Shown here: positions 39,301 through 49,403 of the stretch, one piece after another | How positions within the stretch are numbered: the first letter of the stretch is position 1 | Layout: each line of letters begins with the position of its first letter | Origin: Longimicrobiales bacterium | GTDB lineage: Bacteria; Gemmatimonadota; Gemmatimonadetes; Longimicrobiales; Gaopeijiaceae | Length of the DNA: 64,000 nucleotides | Assembly (NCBI GenBank): GCA_963422615.1 | Contig: OY730414.1 | Span: 2,402,302 to 2,466,301, forward strand | Reading direction: 5' to 3' | The notes under the pieces: model-generated | What the model saw: only the letters and a program-made list of their open reading frames with translations | Told to the model about the DNA's origin: nothing | Databases searched by the model: none | Position numbers and translations under genes: made by a program

Positions 39301-40608
39301 TCAGGCCGCCCTGGGATCCCCCGCCCGCTGGAGCAAGACAAGCCCGATGACGAACAGAGAAGCGAGAACCAGGAAGCCGGGGCGCTGGTTGCCCCCCGCC
39401 AGGTAGACTGCTCCCCCGAAGAGCAACGGCCCCAGAACCGAAGAAGACTTGCCGCAAAATGCGTAGAAGCCGAACATCTCGGCCTCCTTGCCTTCCGGAA
39501 TCAACGAAGACATGAAAACCCGGCTCGCGGACTGCACAGAGCCAAGACCAAAGCCGGCAACCACCGCCAGCACGTAGAACGCCGTCTGGCCCTCCACAAA
39601 GTATGCCGCTATGCACGCGGCAATCCACAGGGACAGCATCCCGTTCAAGACCTTTTTCGGCCCGAGGCTGTCGGTAGGTTTTCCCAGGGTGAGGGCGCCG
39701 GCCATGGCCGAGCACTGCACGATCAGGAAAAGGACGATCACGCCTTGCCGAGTGAATCCGAAGGTTTCTTGCGCAACCACGCCCGCCATGACGATGATCG
39801 TCAGGACCGCGTCAATAAAGAAGAAGTAGGCGATCAGAAAGTTCCTGAGATCCTTCAATCGCCACACTTCTGCAACAACCTGCATGAGGTTCGACGCACC
39901 CCGTGCGGCAGCTTGCGATACCCTCATTTCACCTACATTGTCGGCGGGCAGGTAACGAAAAGCGGGAATCGAGAAGAGCAAGAAGAAGCCGACGACCAAC
40001 AACCAAACGACCTCAATGCGGTCGCTGGCAAACGGAAGCACCACAAGTAGGCCCAGCGTCGATCCCAGGTAACCCAGTCCAAAACCCAACCCGGACACCC
40101 GGCCTTGTTGTTCGGGAGGAGCGATGTCGGGGAGATACGCGTTGTAGAAGACAAGGGCGCTCTCGAAACCGATGTTGGCAATCACGAACAGGAGGAACCC
40201 CCGGGCGAGCATGCCGGCCTCCAGCGTCGGCATCATCGCCACGCCAACCAGGCAAATCGCGACAAAGGAGATCAAAAACCTCTTGCGCGCCCCGCTTCGG
40301 TCGGCAATCGCACCGAGTAGCGGAGAAGCAAGGGCAACCACAAGGGCCGAAAGCGAAACGGCCCGCCCCCACCACAGCTCTCCCCTCCCGTCGTCGCTAC
40401 CGACCACCACGTCAACGAAGAAGATGGAGAATACCGTGGCGGTGACGACCGCCGGATAAATCGAATTCGCGAAGTCGAAAAACGCCCAGGCCCCCACCGT
40501 TCGCCGGTCCACCCGAACGGTGGGGCTGGCTTCGTTGGCCCGGATCAAGCGGTCGTCCAGTCCGACCCGGCGGTGGAGCGCGAACGAGCGGCCGGGGTCC
40601 ACCCCCAC
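39301..40608 (-). CDS. MFS transporter (UMF1/ATG22-like)
   Basis: WAFFDFANS, VFYNAYLPDI, GRVSGLGFGLGYLG and EMFGFY; true start may lie downstream (e.g. GTG 40512). Confidence 0.9.
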   Translation of the reverse strand: MGVDPGRSFALHRRVGLDDRLIRANEASPTVRVDRRTVGAWAFFDFANSIYPAVVTATVFSIFFVDVVVGSDDGRGELWWGRAVSLSALVVALASPLLGAIADRSGARKRFLISFVAICLVGVAMMPTLEAGMLARGFLLFVIANIGFESALVFYNAYLPDIAPPEQQGRVSGLGFGLGYLGSTLGLLVVLPFASDRIEVVWLLVVGFFLLFSIPAFRYLPADNVGEMRVSQAAARGASNLMQVVAEVWRLKDLRNFLIAYFFFIDAVLTIIVMAGVVAQETFGFTRQGVIVLFLIVQCSAMAGALTLGKPTDSLGPKKVLNGMLSLWIAACIAAYFVEGQTAFYVLAVVAGFGLGSVQSASRVFMSSLIPEGKEAEMFGFYAFCGKSSSVLGPLLFGGAVYLAGGNQRPGFLVLASLFVIGLVLLQRAGDPRAA

Positions 40609-40624
40609 CCGGCCGAGCGGAGGG

Positions 40625-40903
40625 TTACGCCTCCCGAGCTTTTTTGGCCCCCAGCTCGACTCCCGTACCGACCCCTACGCCGACGATCAGCGCCGTGCCT
40701 GCTGCCGCACCGGCCCCAACCAGGGGCAGCAAAGCAATGGCGGGTGCAGCGGCCAGAGCAGTGGCGAAACCGGCGGCCAACCCGATCCCCCGCTTCTCTA
40801 CGAATCGAGTATACCGGAGTTTCCGGCGTACGAAGTTCTTCGACTTCACGTGCCCGAACACCCCGGCAGCCCCCGCGATTCCGATGCCAATCAACTCGAT
40901 CAT
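40625..40903 (-). CDS. Small hydrophobic membrane protein
   Basis: MIELIGIGIAG...FVRRKLRYTRFV followed by Gly/Ala-rich TM segments; co-oriented in the operon. Confidence 0.7.
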   Translation of the reverse strand: MIELIGIGIAGAAGVFGHVKSKNFVRRKLRYTRFVEKRGIGLAAGFATALAAAPAIALLPLVGAGAAAGTALIVGVGVGTGVELGAKKAREA

Positions 40904-40980
40904 GATCCCGGTCTCCGTTTCTGGAAGAGCCTTCCGCATTTTCGCTTGTACGCAACCCAGCTCCAAATCGTTTCTTCATT

Positions 40981-41508
40981 CTATGAAGAATGTCCCATTT
41001 CCGCCCACAGTCGACTCATCTGAGTGGAAACATCCTGAAGAGCAAAGATGGCTGCGGCGTCCAGCTTCTGACTGATCCTCCGGCCCACAAGCCTCCGGAG
41101 GAAACGAAGGGGTTCCTCGAAATCCGCATCGAAAAGAGGCTCGGCGCCGCGGTTGAGATTCTCCAGGATCCGGATTGCCAGATACGTGTCATCAAGGAGC
41201 CCCGCCAGACCTTGGGTCATTTCGGGAATCAGGTCGACGGGATTGACGAAGTATCGGGTAACCTGCTCCAGAAGGGGCATGACCACCACCTTCAGATGGC
41301 GTTGTTCGGCAGCCTGATGGGCTCTTGCCAGAAGGACCGGCACGGTTTCGATGACCTCAACGGCCAGATCGGCGGCTTCGTTCACCTCCTCCCGGGTCGT
41401 GCCCGGCGCCACGCTCCGAATGAACTCTTGGAGCTTGCCGTTGTCTCGCACCTTGGCGCTCTCAATGACCGCTTGAACATCTCTAAGGTTCAAATCGGCA
41501 AGGTTCAA
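40981..41508 (-). CDS. DUF1232/YkvA-like protein
   Basis: YFVNPVDLIPEMTQGLAGLLDDTYL motif; GGAGGAG RBS with TTG 41508. Confidence 0.75.
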   Translation of the reverse strand: MNLADLNLRDVQAVIESAKVRDNGKLQEFIRSVAPGTTREEVNEAADLAVEVIETVPVLLARAHQAAEQRHLKVVVMPLLEQVTRYFVNPVDLIPEMTQGLAGLLDDTYLAIRILENLNRGAEPLFDADFEEPLRFLRRLVGRRISQKLDAAAIFALQDVSTQMSRLWAEMGHSS

Positions 41509-41514
41509 ATCGGC
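41485..41514. repeat. Perfect 15-bp tandem duplication AAGGTTCAAATCGGC x2 across the DUF1232 start
   Basis: Units at 41485-41499 and 41500-41514. Confidence 0.9.
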
Positions 41515-41541
41515 TCCTCCGGGAAACGGCTCTTCAGCGGC

Positions 41542-43443
41542 TCATCGACGACGGTACACGATGATTCCGCCCCCGCGACCGCCCGTCAATAAATCGTAGT
41601 CTCCGTCCCCGTCCAGGTCGACGAACTCGGGAGTGGTGAAAGAGGGAACTTCGGGCCCGAAGGACTCGGTCCGAACGAAAAGAGGATCCGTGGGAGATCC
41701 TTCATTCAGAAACAGCAACAGCCCGGATGCCTCCGACCCCACGGCCAGGTCCAGGTCCCCATCCCCCTCCAGGTCCACGACGGCCGGGACGCTCCGACGA
41801 CCTACGTCGATGCCTTGGAATTCGTCCGAAACCAAGCGAAAGTCCGGGGTCTGGGGGCCGCCTTCGTTCCGGTAAAAGTTGAGCGCGCCCGAGGACTCCC
41901 CGACCAGGAGGTCCAAGTCTCCGTCTCCGTCCAGGTCCGCGAGCTCCGGCGTGGTGTTGCGGCCCCGAGTGAGGGTGATAACGGCCGAATCGACCAGCGT
42001 CCAGCGGGGCATGATTCCTTCGCCGTTTCCGTCGTTCCGGTAGTAGGCGACCCGGTCCCGCCATTCTCCCATGAGGACATCGTCGTCGCCGTCGCCGTCC
42101 AGGTCACCGAAGGCCGGCGCGTAGTGATATGCCTGCAACAGCCCCGGAACCGGCCCCCGGGCAATGAAGACGGGAGCCAGATGGGAGCCGGAGTTTTCGA
42201 AGAGATACAGCCGGGCCGATCCCGGGTCGCCGGGCTCGATCTTGTTGGAAACCAGCAGATCCAGGTCCCCGTCCCCGTCCAGGTCGGAGAGGGAGGGCAA
42301 CGACTCGCTGCCCACATCCAGGGTGCGAATCAACCGGGAGGTGACGGCTTCGAAGTCACCGCTCTCGTCCTGCTCAAACCGATACAAGTTCTCGACGCTG
42401 GTGAGGCTGGGATTGAAGGCCCCCCCCAAAACGCCCATGACGAGGTCCATATCCCCATCGTTGTCCGTGTCGCCTAGCGCCGGGGCGTTGTATCCGGACG
42501 TCCTCACCGGGTCCCGAAGCGGGAAGGGCCGGGGCTCCCCCCGGAGCACCGGGCGGGAGCAGGTTCCGGTGTTCTCTATGTACAGCAACCCGGCTTCGAA
42601 GAAGTCCCCCCAAAAAAGGTCGGGGTCGCCATCCTGGTCAATGTCCCCCAGGGCCATGGTATTGGCCCCGTGGAGGCTCCCCTGGATGGCACCGATGATC
42701 TCGATTCCCTCGAATGCATCCGTCACGTGGCGAAAGCGCGGGACGCCCCGGTCGTCCATGCTTTCCGCTTCGTACCTTGTGATCGTCCCCGTGAGGCGGC
42801 CGATGAGCAAGTCAAGGAAGCCGTCGCAGTCGATATCCGCAGCATTCGGGATGTTTTGACGGTCGGAGAAGACAGGCGCGCCCGCGATGTCCCTCAGGGT
42901 ATCCGCCGCCAGGACATAGGACGCCGGTCCCGAGCCACCATCGTTGCGATAGTAGCGAATGTGGCTGAAGGGCTCCTCGGCAAGGAGGTCCAGATCCCCA
43001 TCCAAATCGACGTCCGCAAAACGAAACCACTCTCCGACGGCCAGGCCTTCGAAGGCGTCGGTGACCCAGCGGTATTCGCCCTGAGCTCCGGGTCCCATGC
43101 TCTCGAAGAACATGACCTGACCGGACAGCTCCTGGATGAACAGGTCCAGGTCTCCGTCTCCGTCGGCATCCGCAAGCTGGGGCCGAGGGACATTGAACCC
43201 CCCCAGGAAGGGGTGGTCCAGGGTCCGGCCGTCCTGGTCCCGGACCTCGATCCCGTACACGACCCGCTGCCACTCCGGTAACCGGTCCCCACCGGCGGGG
43301 GCGCGGGAGCCCTGGGGTGGGGCGCAAGCCCCGAGTAGGCCGGCGAACAAGAAGACGGCGAACAAATTCTGCCCTCCGAGGGCCCCGATCCGGCAAACCT
43401 TCCCCGACCGAATCCCCTCCGTCGAACGAACCCGGAGATTCAT
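41542..43443 (-). CDS. FG-GAP/VCBS repeat lipoprotein
   Basis: Lipobox LGAC; many D-x-D-G-D-G-D-x-D-L repeats; ATGA overlap with the upstream stop. Confidence 0.9.
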   Translation of the reverse strand: MNLRVRSTEGIRSGKVCRIGALGGQNLFAVFLFAGLLGACAPPQGSRAPAGGDRLPEWQRVVYGIEVRDQDGRTLDHPFLGGFNVPRPQLADADGDGDLDLFIQELSGQVMFFESMGPGAQGEYRWVTDAFEGLAVGEWFRFADVDLDGDLDLLAEEPFSHIRYYRNDGGSGPASYVLAADTLRDIAGAPVFSDRQNIPNAADIDCDGFLDLLIGRLTGTITRYEAESMDDRGVPRFRHVTDAFEGIEIIGAIQGSLHGANTMALGDIDQDGDPDLFWGDFFEAGLLYIENTGTCSRPVLRGEPRPFPLRDPVRTSGYNAPALGDTDNDGDMDLVMGVLGGAFNPSLTSVENLYRFEQDESGDFEAVTSRLIRTLDVGSESLPSLSDLDGDGDLDLLVSNKIEPGDPGSARLYLFENSGSHLAPVFIARGPVPGLLQAYHYAPAFGDLDGDGDDDVLMGEWRDRVAYYRNDGNGEGIMPRWTLVDSAVITLTRGRNTTPELADLDGDGDLDLLVGESSGALNFYRNEGGPQTPDFRLVSDEFQGIDVGRRSVPAVVDLEGDGDLDLAVGSEASGLLLFLNEGSPTDPLFVRTESFGPEVPSFTTPEFVDLDGDGDYDLLTGGRGGGIIVYRRR

Positions 43444-44525
43444 CGGGTCCGTCCTGCCAGCCCGATGGCGATTCCTGCCGGGTAGGCCCCGACCTCGATG
43501 GTCCGGACCACCTCGTGGGTGCGGGTGTCGATCTTCACCACAGTTCCCACCTCCGCGCTGCCCGCTGCGGCGCCTCGGGGCGTGTAGGCGCCCTTCTGAT
43601 TTCGATTCGAGACGAACAGATAGCGCCCGTCGGCCGTCACCGCACTTCCATGGGGCTCGACGATCCCGGGGGCCCGGATCCGCTCCAAGACGCGCCAGGC
43701 CTCCGTTTCGACCACGACCACCGCGTCGTCGTCCTTGGCCCCGAAGTAGACCCGGGTGCCGTCGGGGGAAAAGACGGGGTGCCACGGCTGGCTCCCCACG
43801 TCAGTTTGCGCGATGAGCTGGAGGCTGGGACCCGTGGCGTCGAAGACGAGAAGTTTCCCCGTGAGCTGGGCCGTCGCGACCAAGCGTCGCCGGTCCGGGG
43901 AGAGGGCAAACTGCACGAAGGTGTGGACCGGACCGTCCACATCCACGAGCTCCATGTCTCCGGATTCGCCGTCCATGACCGCAATCCGGTTCTCCACGAG
44001 GGAGGCCGCGAAGATCCGATTGCCGCCCGCGTCCACCGCCAGCGCGTGAGGGCGCGGAAAGAAGACGTCCACCTCGTCCACACTCATGTCCACGCGGTCA
44101 ATGACGCCGAGGCGCCGAGGCGGGTCCACCGCCATCATCGAACGACCCACGTACAAGAGGTTCGAAGAAGGGTCCACCGCCAGAAGGCCCGGGGTTTCGA
44201 AGGGAGCCCGGGCCATGAGGTTTTGGGCGGCATCGAACTGCAGAACCTGGCCCCCTCCGATGAGCGACACGTACCAGTGACCGCCATCCGGGTCCACGGC
44301 CGTGTGATGGGGACGGGAGTTGGCGTCGAAGCCGTACTCCGTCAGATCAACGGTGTGTATGACCTCGCCCGCCGCAGCGTCGATGACCGACACGCTGGCC
44401 GAAGCCTGGTTGGCCACGTAGACCCGCTCTTCCCAAGCCCCCGGCCCCGGCTGGCCCGCCGTCCCCGACCCTCCGGCACTGCACCCCAGGAAGACGACGA
44501 ATCCCACCGCCCCCACTCTGCCCAT
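43440..44525 (-). CDS. YncE/YVTN beta-propeller lipoprotein with repeated His motifs
   Basis: Lipobox FLGC; RVYVANQ..SVSVID; RPHH, RPHAL, QPWH and EPHG; C-terminal VGAYPAG. Confidence 0.85.
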   Translation of the reverse strand: MGRVGAVGFVVFLGCSAGGSGTAGQPGPGAWEERVYVANQASASVSVIDAAAGEVIHTVDLTEYGFDANSRPHHTAVDPDGGHWYVSLIGGGQVLQFDAAQNLMARAPFETPGLLAVDPSSNLLYVGRSMMAVDPPRRLGVIDRVDMSVDEVDVFFPRPHALAVDAGGNRIFAASLVENRIAVMDGESGDMELVDVDGPVHTFVQFALSPDRRRLVATAQLTGKLLVFDATGPSLQLIAQTDVGSQPWHPVFSPDGTRVYFGAKDDDAVVVVETEAWRVLERIRAPGIVEPHGSAVTADGRYLFVSNRNQKGAYTPRGAAAGSAEVGTVVKIDTRTHEVVRTIEVGAYPAGIAIGLAGRTR

Positions 44526-44770
44526 TCGCCACCCCTTATCCAATGAACCGGTCGCTTTCCTGAACCAGTCGTTTCCTGAAGAAAATGCAAATCCCAGCTT
44601 TCTTGATTCCCCGGACTGCATTCCCCGGGACTCCGACCCGACCCCGGCGATGCGGGTAACGCTGGCACCATCGCCTTCGTCGGACAAGGTATCGACGCGT
44701 TTCGGTCCGGCGAAATGGCCCTCAATGAAGGCCCTGACCCGATGAGCGAGTCCGCTTGCCATAACGCAAG

Positions 44771-46231
44771 CTAGCCGCCCCCGGTGCGATTCGGCCCAAA
44801 GAAGGTTTCCAGTCCTTTGGCGGCGGGGGGCTTGGTCAGCCGGGAGACGACGACGAAGAGGACAAGGCTGGTCGCCACACCCACTTCGACGGCGTCAATG
44901 CCGTGGCGGGAGAAGCCTTCCTGCCACGTCAGCTCCCAGACCAAGCAGGCCACGAAGCCTCCCAGCATGGCGGCGATGGCTCCGGGGGCGTTTCCGCGCT
45001 TCCAGTTGAGACCGATCACCACCGGCACGAAGAAAAACGACGCGATGAACTTGGCCTGCTCGATCACGATGCCCTGGACATCTCCCAGCTTGAGAAGCGC
45101 GAAGTACACGGGGACGACAGCGAGAACGACAATGGCGACTCGGTTGACCGCTACCAGGTGCTTCTGGCTCGCCTTCCGGTTCAGAAACTTCCCGTAGAGG
45201 TCGTGGGCCACCCCGGCACCCGTCACAAGAAGTACGGAGTTCACGGTAGACATGATGGCCGAAAGCATGGCCACGAGAAGAAGCGCGCCGATGACCGGAG
45301 GCAGAATCTGAAATGCCATGATTGCCGTGGCTTGATCCTGGGACGGAAGGGACGGAAAGAGTACCCGGGTCATGAGGCCGATGCATAGAATGCACGCGCT
45401 GATCACCAGCTGAAGGCCGATGGAAATGAAAATCGCCTTCCGGACGGTCTTTTCGTCCCGCATCGAGTAGAAGCGGGTCAGCTCGTAGGGAGCCGCCGCG
45501 ATACTCAGGCCGAAGGAGGCCGCGAAGGCAATCAGCTCCTGGGGCTTGTAGTACCACCCGGTCAACCGGGGATCCAGTTCGGACAGATAGCCGAACGTCT
45601 TCTTGAACCCCTCCAGGAAGTCGAAACCCGCAACATGGATCAGCAAGACCGGAACCGAGACGACCAGGGCGCCGACCATGATCAGGGTTTGAAGAAACTC
45701 GATGTAGGAGCTGCTCCGGACGCCCCCCAATAGGGTGTAGAGGGAGGTGCTGGCGACGATCAGAAGCATGGCGGTGATGGGCCGTATCCCGAAGACGACT
45801 TCGGCAATTTCCCCGCCAGCCTGGAACTGGGCGACCAGATAGATGGAGTACGACACCACGATCAGGACCCCGGCGAGTGCGCCCGCCAGGTCGCTGCCAA
45901 AGCGATGGGAAATGTAGTCGGGCACCGTAAGGGCATCCTGGCGGCGCAGCTTCGGCGCGACGAAAAACGCCGAAACCAGCCAACCGCTCCACAACCCCAG
46001 CCAAGGAATCCACCAGGAGATCCCCGCCAGGTAGTGGCGTCCTGCCGAACCGACGAAGGTGCCCGCGCTGATCTGGGTCGCTGCCAGCACCGCCCCGCCC
46101 ACGAGCGGACCGATTGAGCGCCCCGCCGCCAAGAAATCCACCTCCGTTTCGGTCCTGAAGTAGCTCCAGACGGAGATGCCCATGATCACGGCCACGTACA
46201 CCGTGAGCACGACCGCGAAGGTGGCCCCCAA
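44771..46231 (-). CDS. Sodium:solute symporter (SSS) family protein
   Basis: DFLAAGRS, SAGTFVG, TVPDYISHRF, YTLLGG and SAIMSTVNS. Confidence 0.92.
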   Translation of the reverse strand: MGATFAVVLTVYVAVIMGISVWSYFRTETEVDFLAAGRSIGPLVGGAVLAATQISAGTFVGSAGRHYLAGISWWIPWLGLWSGWLVSAFFVAPKLRRQDALTVPDYISHRFGSDLAGALAGVLIVVSYSIYLVAQFQAGGEIAEVVFGIRPITAMLLIVASTSLYTLLGGVRSSSYIEFLQTLIMVGALVVSVPVLLIHVAGFDFLEGFKKTFGYLSELDPRLTGWYYKPQELIAFAASFGLSIAAAPYELTRFYSMRDEKTVRKAIFISIGLQLVISACILCIGLMTRVLFPSLPSQDQATAIMAFQILPPVIGALLLVAMLSAIMSTVNSVLLVTGAGVAHDLYGKFLNRKASQKHLVAVNRVAIVVLAVVPVYFALLKLGDVQGIVIEQAKFIASFFFVPVVIGLNWKRGNAPGAIAAMLGGFVACLVWELTWQEGFSRHGIDAVEVGVATSLVLFVVVSRLTKPPAAKGLETFFGPNRTGGG

Positions 46232-46234
46232 GGG

Positions 46235-46927
46235 TCAGTCCTCCGCCTCCCGCCTCCCGGCCCGCTGGCCCCGGAGCCAGGCCCCTGTGGCCCCGCACAC
46301 CAGCAGGACCACGGCGAGGTCAAAGAGATCCTTGTCGGTCATGCCGAATCGGAGGGGAGGGATCATGACGAAGGAAGGAACGTTCGCCAGCGTCGCCGTG
46401 GCAGCGTCACCGCGGCGGATCAGTTTGGGGAAGGCTCCCCGCACGTCGGAAATGCCGGTGACGGTGATTCGGACCCCTGCCGGGCCCCCTGGGACGGGGC
46501 GGGCCGGAACAAAAAGAGGAACCCGGCGAATTGCCCCGCCGCCCAGGTCCCTCACCCGGTAGCGGATGGGCGTGGAGGACGGTATGGAAAGGCGCAAGAT
46601 GTTCTCCTGTTCCCTGCGCAATCCGCCCTCCGGCTCCAGAAGCTCAACCTGAACGCCCGAAAGACGGATCTGCGTGAGGTCAAGTCGGGCGATGCCGGAG
46701 AAGTGCCCTTCCACGTTGGCGACATCTTCCGACACCCGGATGTGGTACCGGACAGCGCTGGGTGCCGCACCCTCCTGGCCCCGCGCAAGACCGGGCAGGA
46801 GGACCGCGAGCAAAAAGAGGCCGGCCAGACGAAAACGAGCCGGCGCGCCCGTATCCGTGATCCCGGCCCGTTCGCTGTCGAGTGGACTCTGGGGCAAAGT
46901 GCCGCCGGGCGGCCAACCTGCGATCAC
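46235..46927 (-). CDS. Hypothetical protein with signal-like segment and C-terminal TM
   Basis: Fills the gap between the M28 and SSS genes; probable GTGA overlap with the M28 stop; hydrophobic segments near both ends. Confidence 0.55.
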   Translation of the reverse strand: MIAGWPPGGTLPQSPLDSERAGITDTGAPARFRLAGLFLLAVLLPGLARGQEGAAPSAVRYHIRVSEDVANVEGHFSGIARLDLTQIRLSGVQVELLEPEGGLRREQENILRLSIPSSTPIRYRVRDLGGGAIRRVPLFVPARPVPGGPAGVRITVTGISDVRGAFPKLIRRGDAATATLANVPSFVMIPPLRFGMTDKDLFDLAVVLLVCGATGAWLRGQRAGRREAED

Positions 46928-48687
46928 ACGGATGCTCGGTCCGTGTCCGCCCGGATCAGGATCCGGGACGCCTCCAGAAGGCACGCGTGCACCTTGTTGA
47001 CCTGGCGCCTCAGTTCCGTGAAGAGGAACGGAAGAAGTTCCGGAGAAGCTTCCTCCGCGTTCTTCAGCTCGTGAATTCGCGCCAACTTGGGGATGGGAAC
47101 CCGAGGCGTTGCCGGATCGTGATCGAAGCGATCTCCCTCGGCGTACCCCAGGTGGACGAGAATTCGGCCCACCTTGAGTAGCGCTTCGTTTGCCGCGAAG
47201 GAGTCGATCCGACCCTCCTCGATTCGCTTGTAGAACGCATTCAGTCGAGACACGAAAGCGTCAAAGTCTTTGCGAACGGGTTTCAGGTTCAGTCGCTTCT
47301 TGTCGACAGCGGCTTCGTAACCATCCAGAGCTTGGCACAGTTCGGCCGCCGTTTTGCGAAAATCAAGGGGGATGATCTCGTCCGTCAGAAGGCGCCCGAT
47401 TGCGGTGAGGTACACTCGAAGATCCCGCTCCAGGTTTGCCCGATCGGCGATGTCGATCCGGTCCTTCTCCGTGTGCCACGCAATGTTGCCACCGCATCCA
47501 CCCACGGGATAGAAGCCCAGCCGCTCCCGCTCTTCCTTCGGAATGTTTGAAAGAAGCATGAAAAAAGACGTGAGGCCCAGCTGGTTGAAGGAGTAGTCAC
47601 CCGCCCGAAGGGGCCGCTGGCGTTCCGGCTCCACACCGGCAACGGACCGGATGGAGGAGCGGCACACCTCGTCGGCCTCCGCCATCCAGGGAACTTCATC
47701 GTATTCGGTCGCCCTCCAGCAGCCGGGCGAATCGATGTTCACCGTAGCGACACAACGCCGGGACAGGTCGAGGGCGAAGGCGTCGGCGTACCAGGTCGAC
47801 CCGCCGTATCGCCCCGTAGAGTGGCCGGGCCACCAAGCCACCCGCACAGAACGGCGCAGCTTATCGCGATTCGCGTGGAAGATCCGAACCAGTTCCAAAA
47901 GGGTGGCATCGCCCACCGCATTGTCGCCGATCCCTACGTCCCAGGAATCGTAGTGCCCATGCGCAAGGACAAAGTCCTCCTCGGCCCCGTCAATCCGGGC
48001 TACCGGCAGGAGGCACGGGTACCAACCTTCGTCCAGCTTCGCGTGCAAGCTGATCCGGTCCGCTCCCTCGTGGATGGCTTCGAGCACCGCGTCGCCTTCC
48101 GGACGGCTTATCGCCATGACGGGGGTGGAAGGCTTCCGGTCCATTTGCGACACTCCCGGCGCGCCCCAGATCGTCGTGCAGATTCCCCAGTGGGTTCTGC
48201 TGCCCGGGTTGACATAGACCTGACCAGCCGCACCCGCGGCTTCGAAGCGAGCCACCGACGCAGGCATGGGGAAGCCCTCGGTGACTACAATTTTCCCCTT
48301 GACCTCGGGCGGGGGACCGTCGTCGGAGGCATCGAACAAGTCCGCGGAACTCCGGGCCGGAACCGAGGGGACGTAGATCGGGGGTTTGGACACCCCCCTG
48401 GATCCCGTTGAAGCCGAAAAAGCAGTCGGCTTGGCCTCGATGCACGTTCCCGCAAGTTCGACGGAAGCACTGCGGGGAATCGACAAATACAGGTCCGGCT
48501 CATAGACATCAAAAGGCACGTCCATCGATTCCAGGCGGGTAACAATGAAGTTGGCGGCGGCGCGTTCCTCGGGAGAGCCCGATTCCCGTACGAGGATTGC
48601 GAAGCGTTCGATCAGGCTCCAACCGAGGTCGAAGGAGACATCCGAGAGCAGGGACTGGATGGCAGAATCATTGACGGGTTCGGACAT
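46924..48687 (-). CDS. M28 family peptidase with PA domain
   Basis: RESGSPEE, AHGHYDSW, GDNAVG, GHSTGRY, NIDSPG, GDYSF and WHTEKD. Confidence 0.88.
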   Translation of the reverse strand: MSEPVNDSAIQSLLSDVSFDLGWSLIERFAILVRESGSPEERAAANFIVTRLESMDVPFDVYEPDLYLSIPRSASVELAGTCIEAKPTAFSASTGSRGVSKPPIYVPSVPARSSADLFDASDDGPPPEVKGKIVVTEGFPMPASVARFEAAGAAGQVYVNPGSRTHWGICTTIWGAPGVSQMDRKPSTPVMAISRPEGDAVLEAIHEGADRISLHAKLDEGWYPCLLPVARIDGAEEDFVLAHGHYDSWDVGIGDNAVGDATLLELVRIFHANRDKLRRSVRVAWWPGHSTGRYGGSTWYADAFALDLSRRCVATVNIDSPGCWRATEYDEVPWMAEADEVCRSSIRSVAGVEPERQRPLRAGDYSFNQLGLTSFFMLLSNIPKEERERLGFYPVGGCGGNIAWHTEKDRIDIADRANLERDLRVYLTAIGRLLTDEIIPLDFRKTAAELCQALDGYEAAVDKKRLNLKPVRKDFDAFVSRLNAFYKRIEEGRIDSFAANEALLKVGRILVHLGYAEGDRFDHDPATPRVPIPKLARIHELKNAEEASPELLPFLFTELRRQVNKVHACLLEASRILIRADTDRASV

Positions 48688-48769
48688 GGCATCTCCGGAT
48701 GGGGAAACGTCGAGATAGAAGTAGAGTCAACACAATTCCTGTCCGGGGCGTCCTTCCTCCGAGCAAGTT

Positions 48770-49297
48770 CTACCGAGTTCCGGCGAGCCGGGAGAAGTGG
48801 TATTGCACCACCTTCCAGGTGCCTTCGGAAGGGATTCGAGTCTCCGAGTACCTCCATGTGCCGCTGATGGTCTGTTCTCCACCCGGCAAGGACACGGATC
48901 CGTCCAGGTAGGCTACGGAAACCGCAACTTCACCATACACGCGGACATCCAGGTCCCGGACCATAACCTGGGCCTTCATTCCCGCTTCGTATGCCATTCC
49001 AAGCGTCGCGGTGTCGAAGCCGCGGGTGAGGGGCGCCCCCTCCAGGAAGAAGCCTCTGACGTCTTCATGATAGTGGGAAGTGAAGCTGTCGAAGTCGCCT
49101 TGGGTCCACGCCGCTAGCGTCGCCGTCACGGCGGCTCGCACGTCCGCTTCCTGGCCGCGGAGGGACGGGAGTCGAACCGATGACGCCAGGAACAGCAGCA
49201 CCAAGAGCACCAGCACCCGGACGAAGGTCGGTGTGCATTGCGATGGACGCTCCACAGCCGCAGGAAAACCCGATGTACCCACCAACCCTCCTTGCAT
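48770..49297 (-). CDS. Secreted NTF2-like/SnoaL (DUF4440-like) protein
   Basis: AWTQGDFD, LDVRVYGEVAV and WKVVQYHFS; start uncertain. Confidence 0.8.
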   Translation of the reverse strand: MQGGLVGTSGFPAAVERPSQCTPTFVRVLVLLVLLFLASSVRLPSLRGQEADVRAAVTATLAAWTQGDFDSFTSHYHEDVRGFFLEGAPLTRGFDTATLGMAYEAGMKAQVMVRDLDVRVYGEVAVSVAYLDGSVSLPGGEQTISGTWRYSETRIPSEGTWKVVQYHFSRLAGTR

Positions 49298-49403
49298 CTC
49301 GCGCCGCTACCGACGGGCTACCGACGCTCTCTTGACAGGATTCCTTTAACTATAATCCGTCTCCGCCGGACGCGTCCGCAACCCGGTTCACGAACCCGCC
49401 CCC

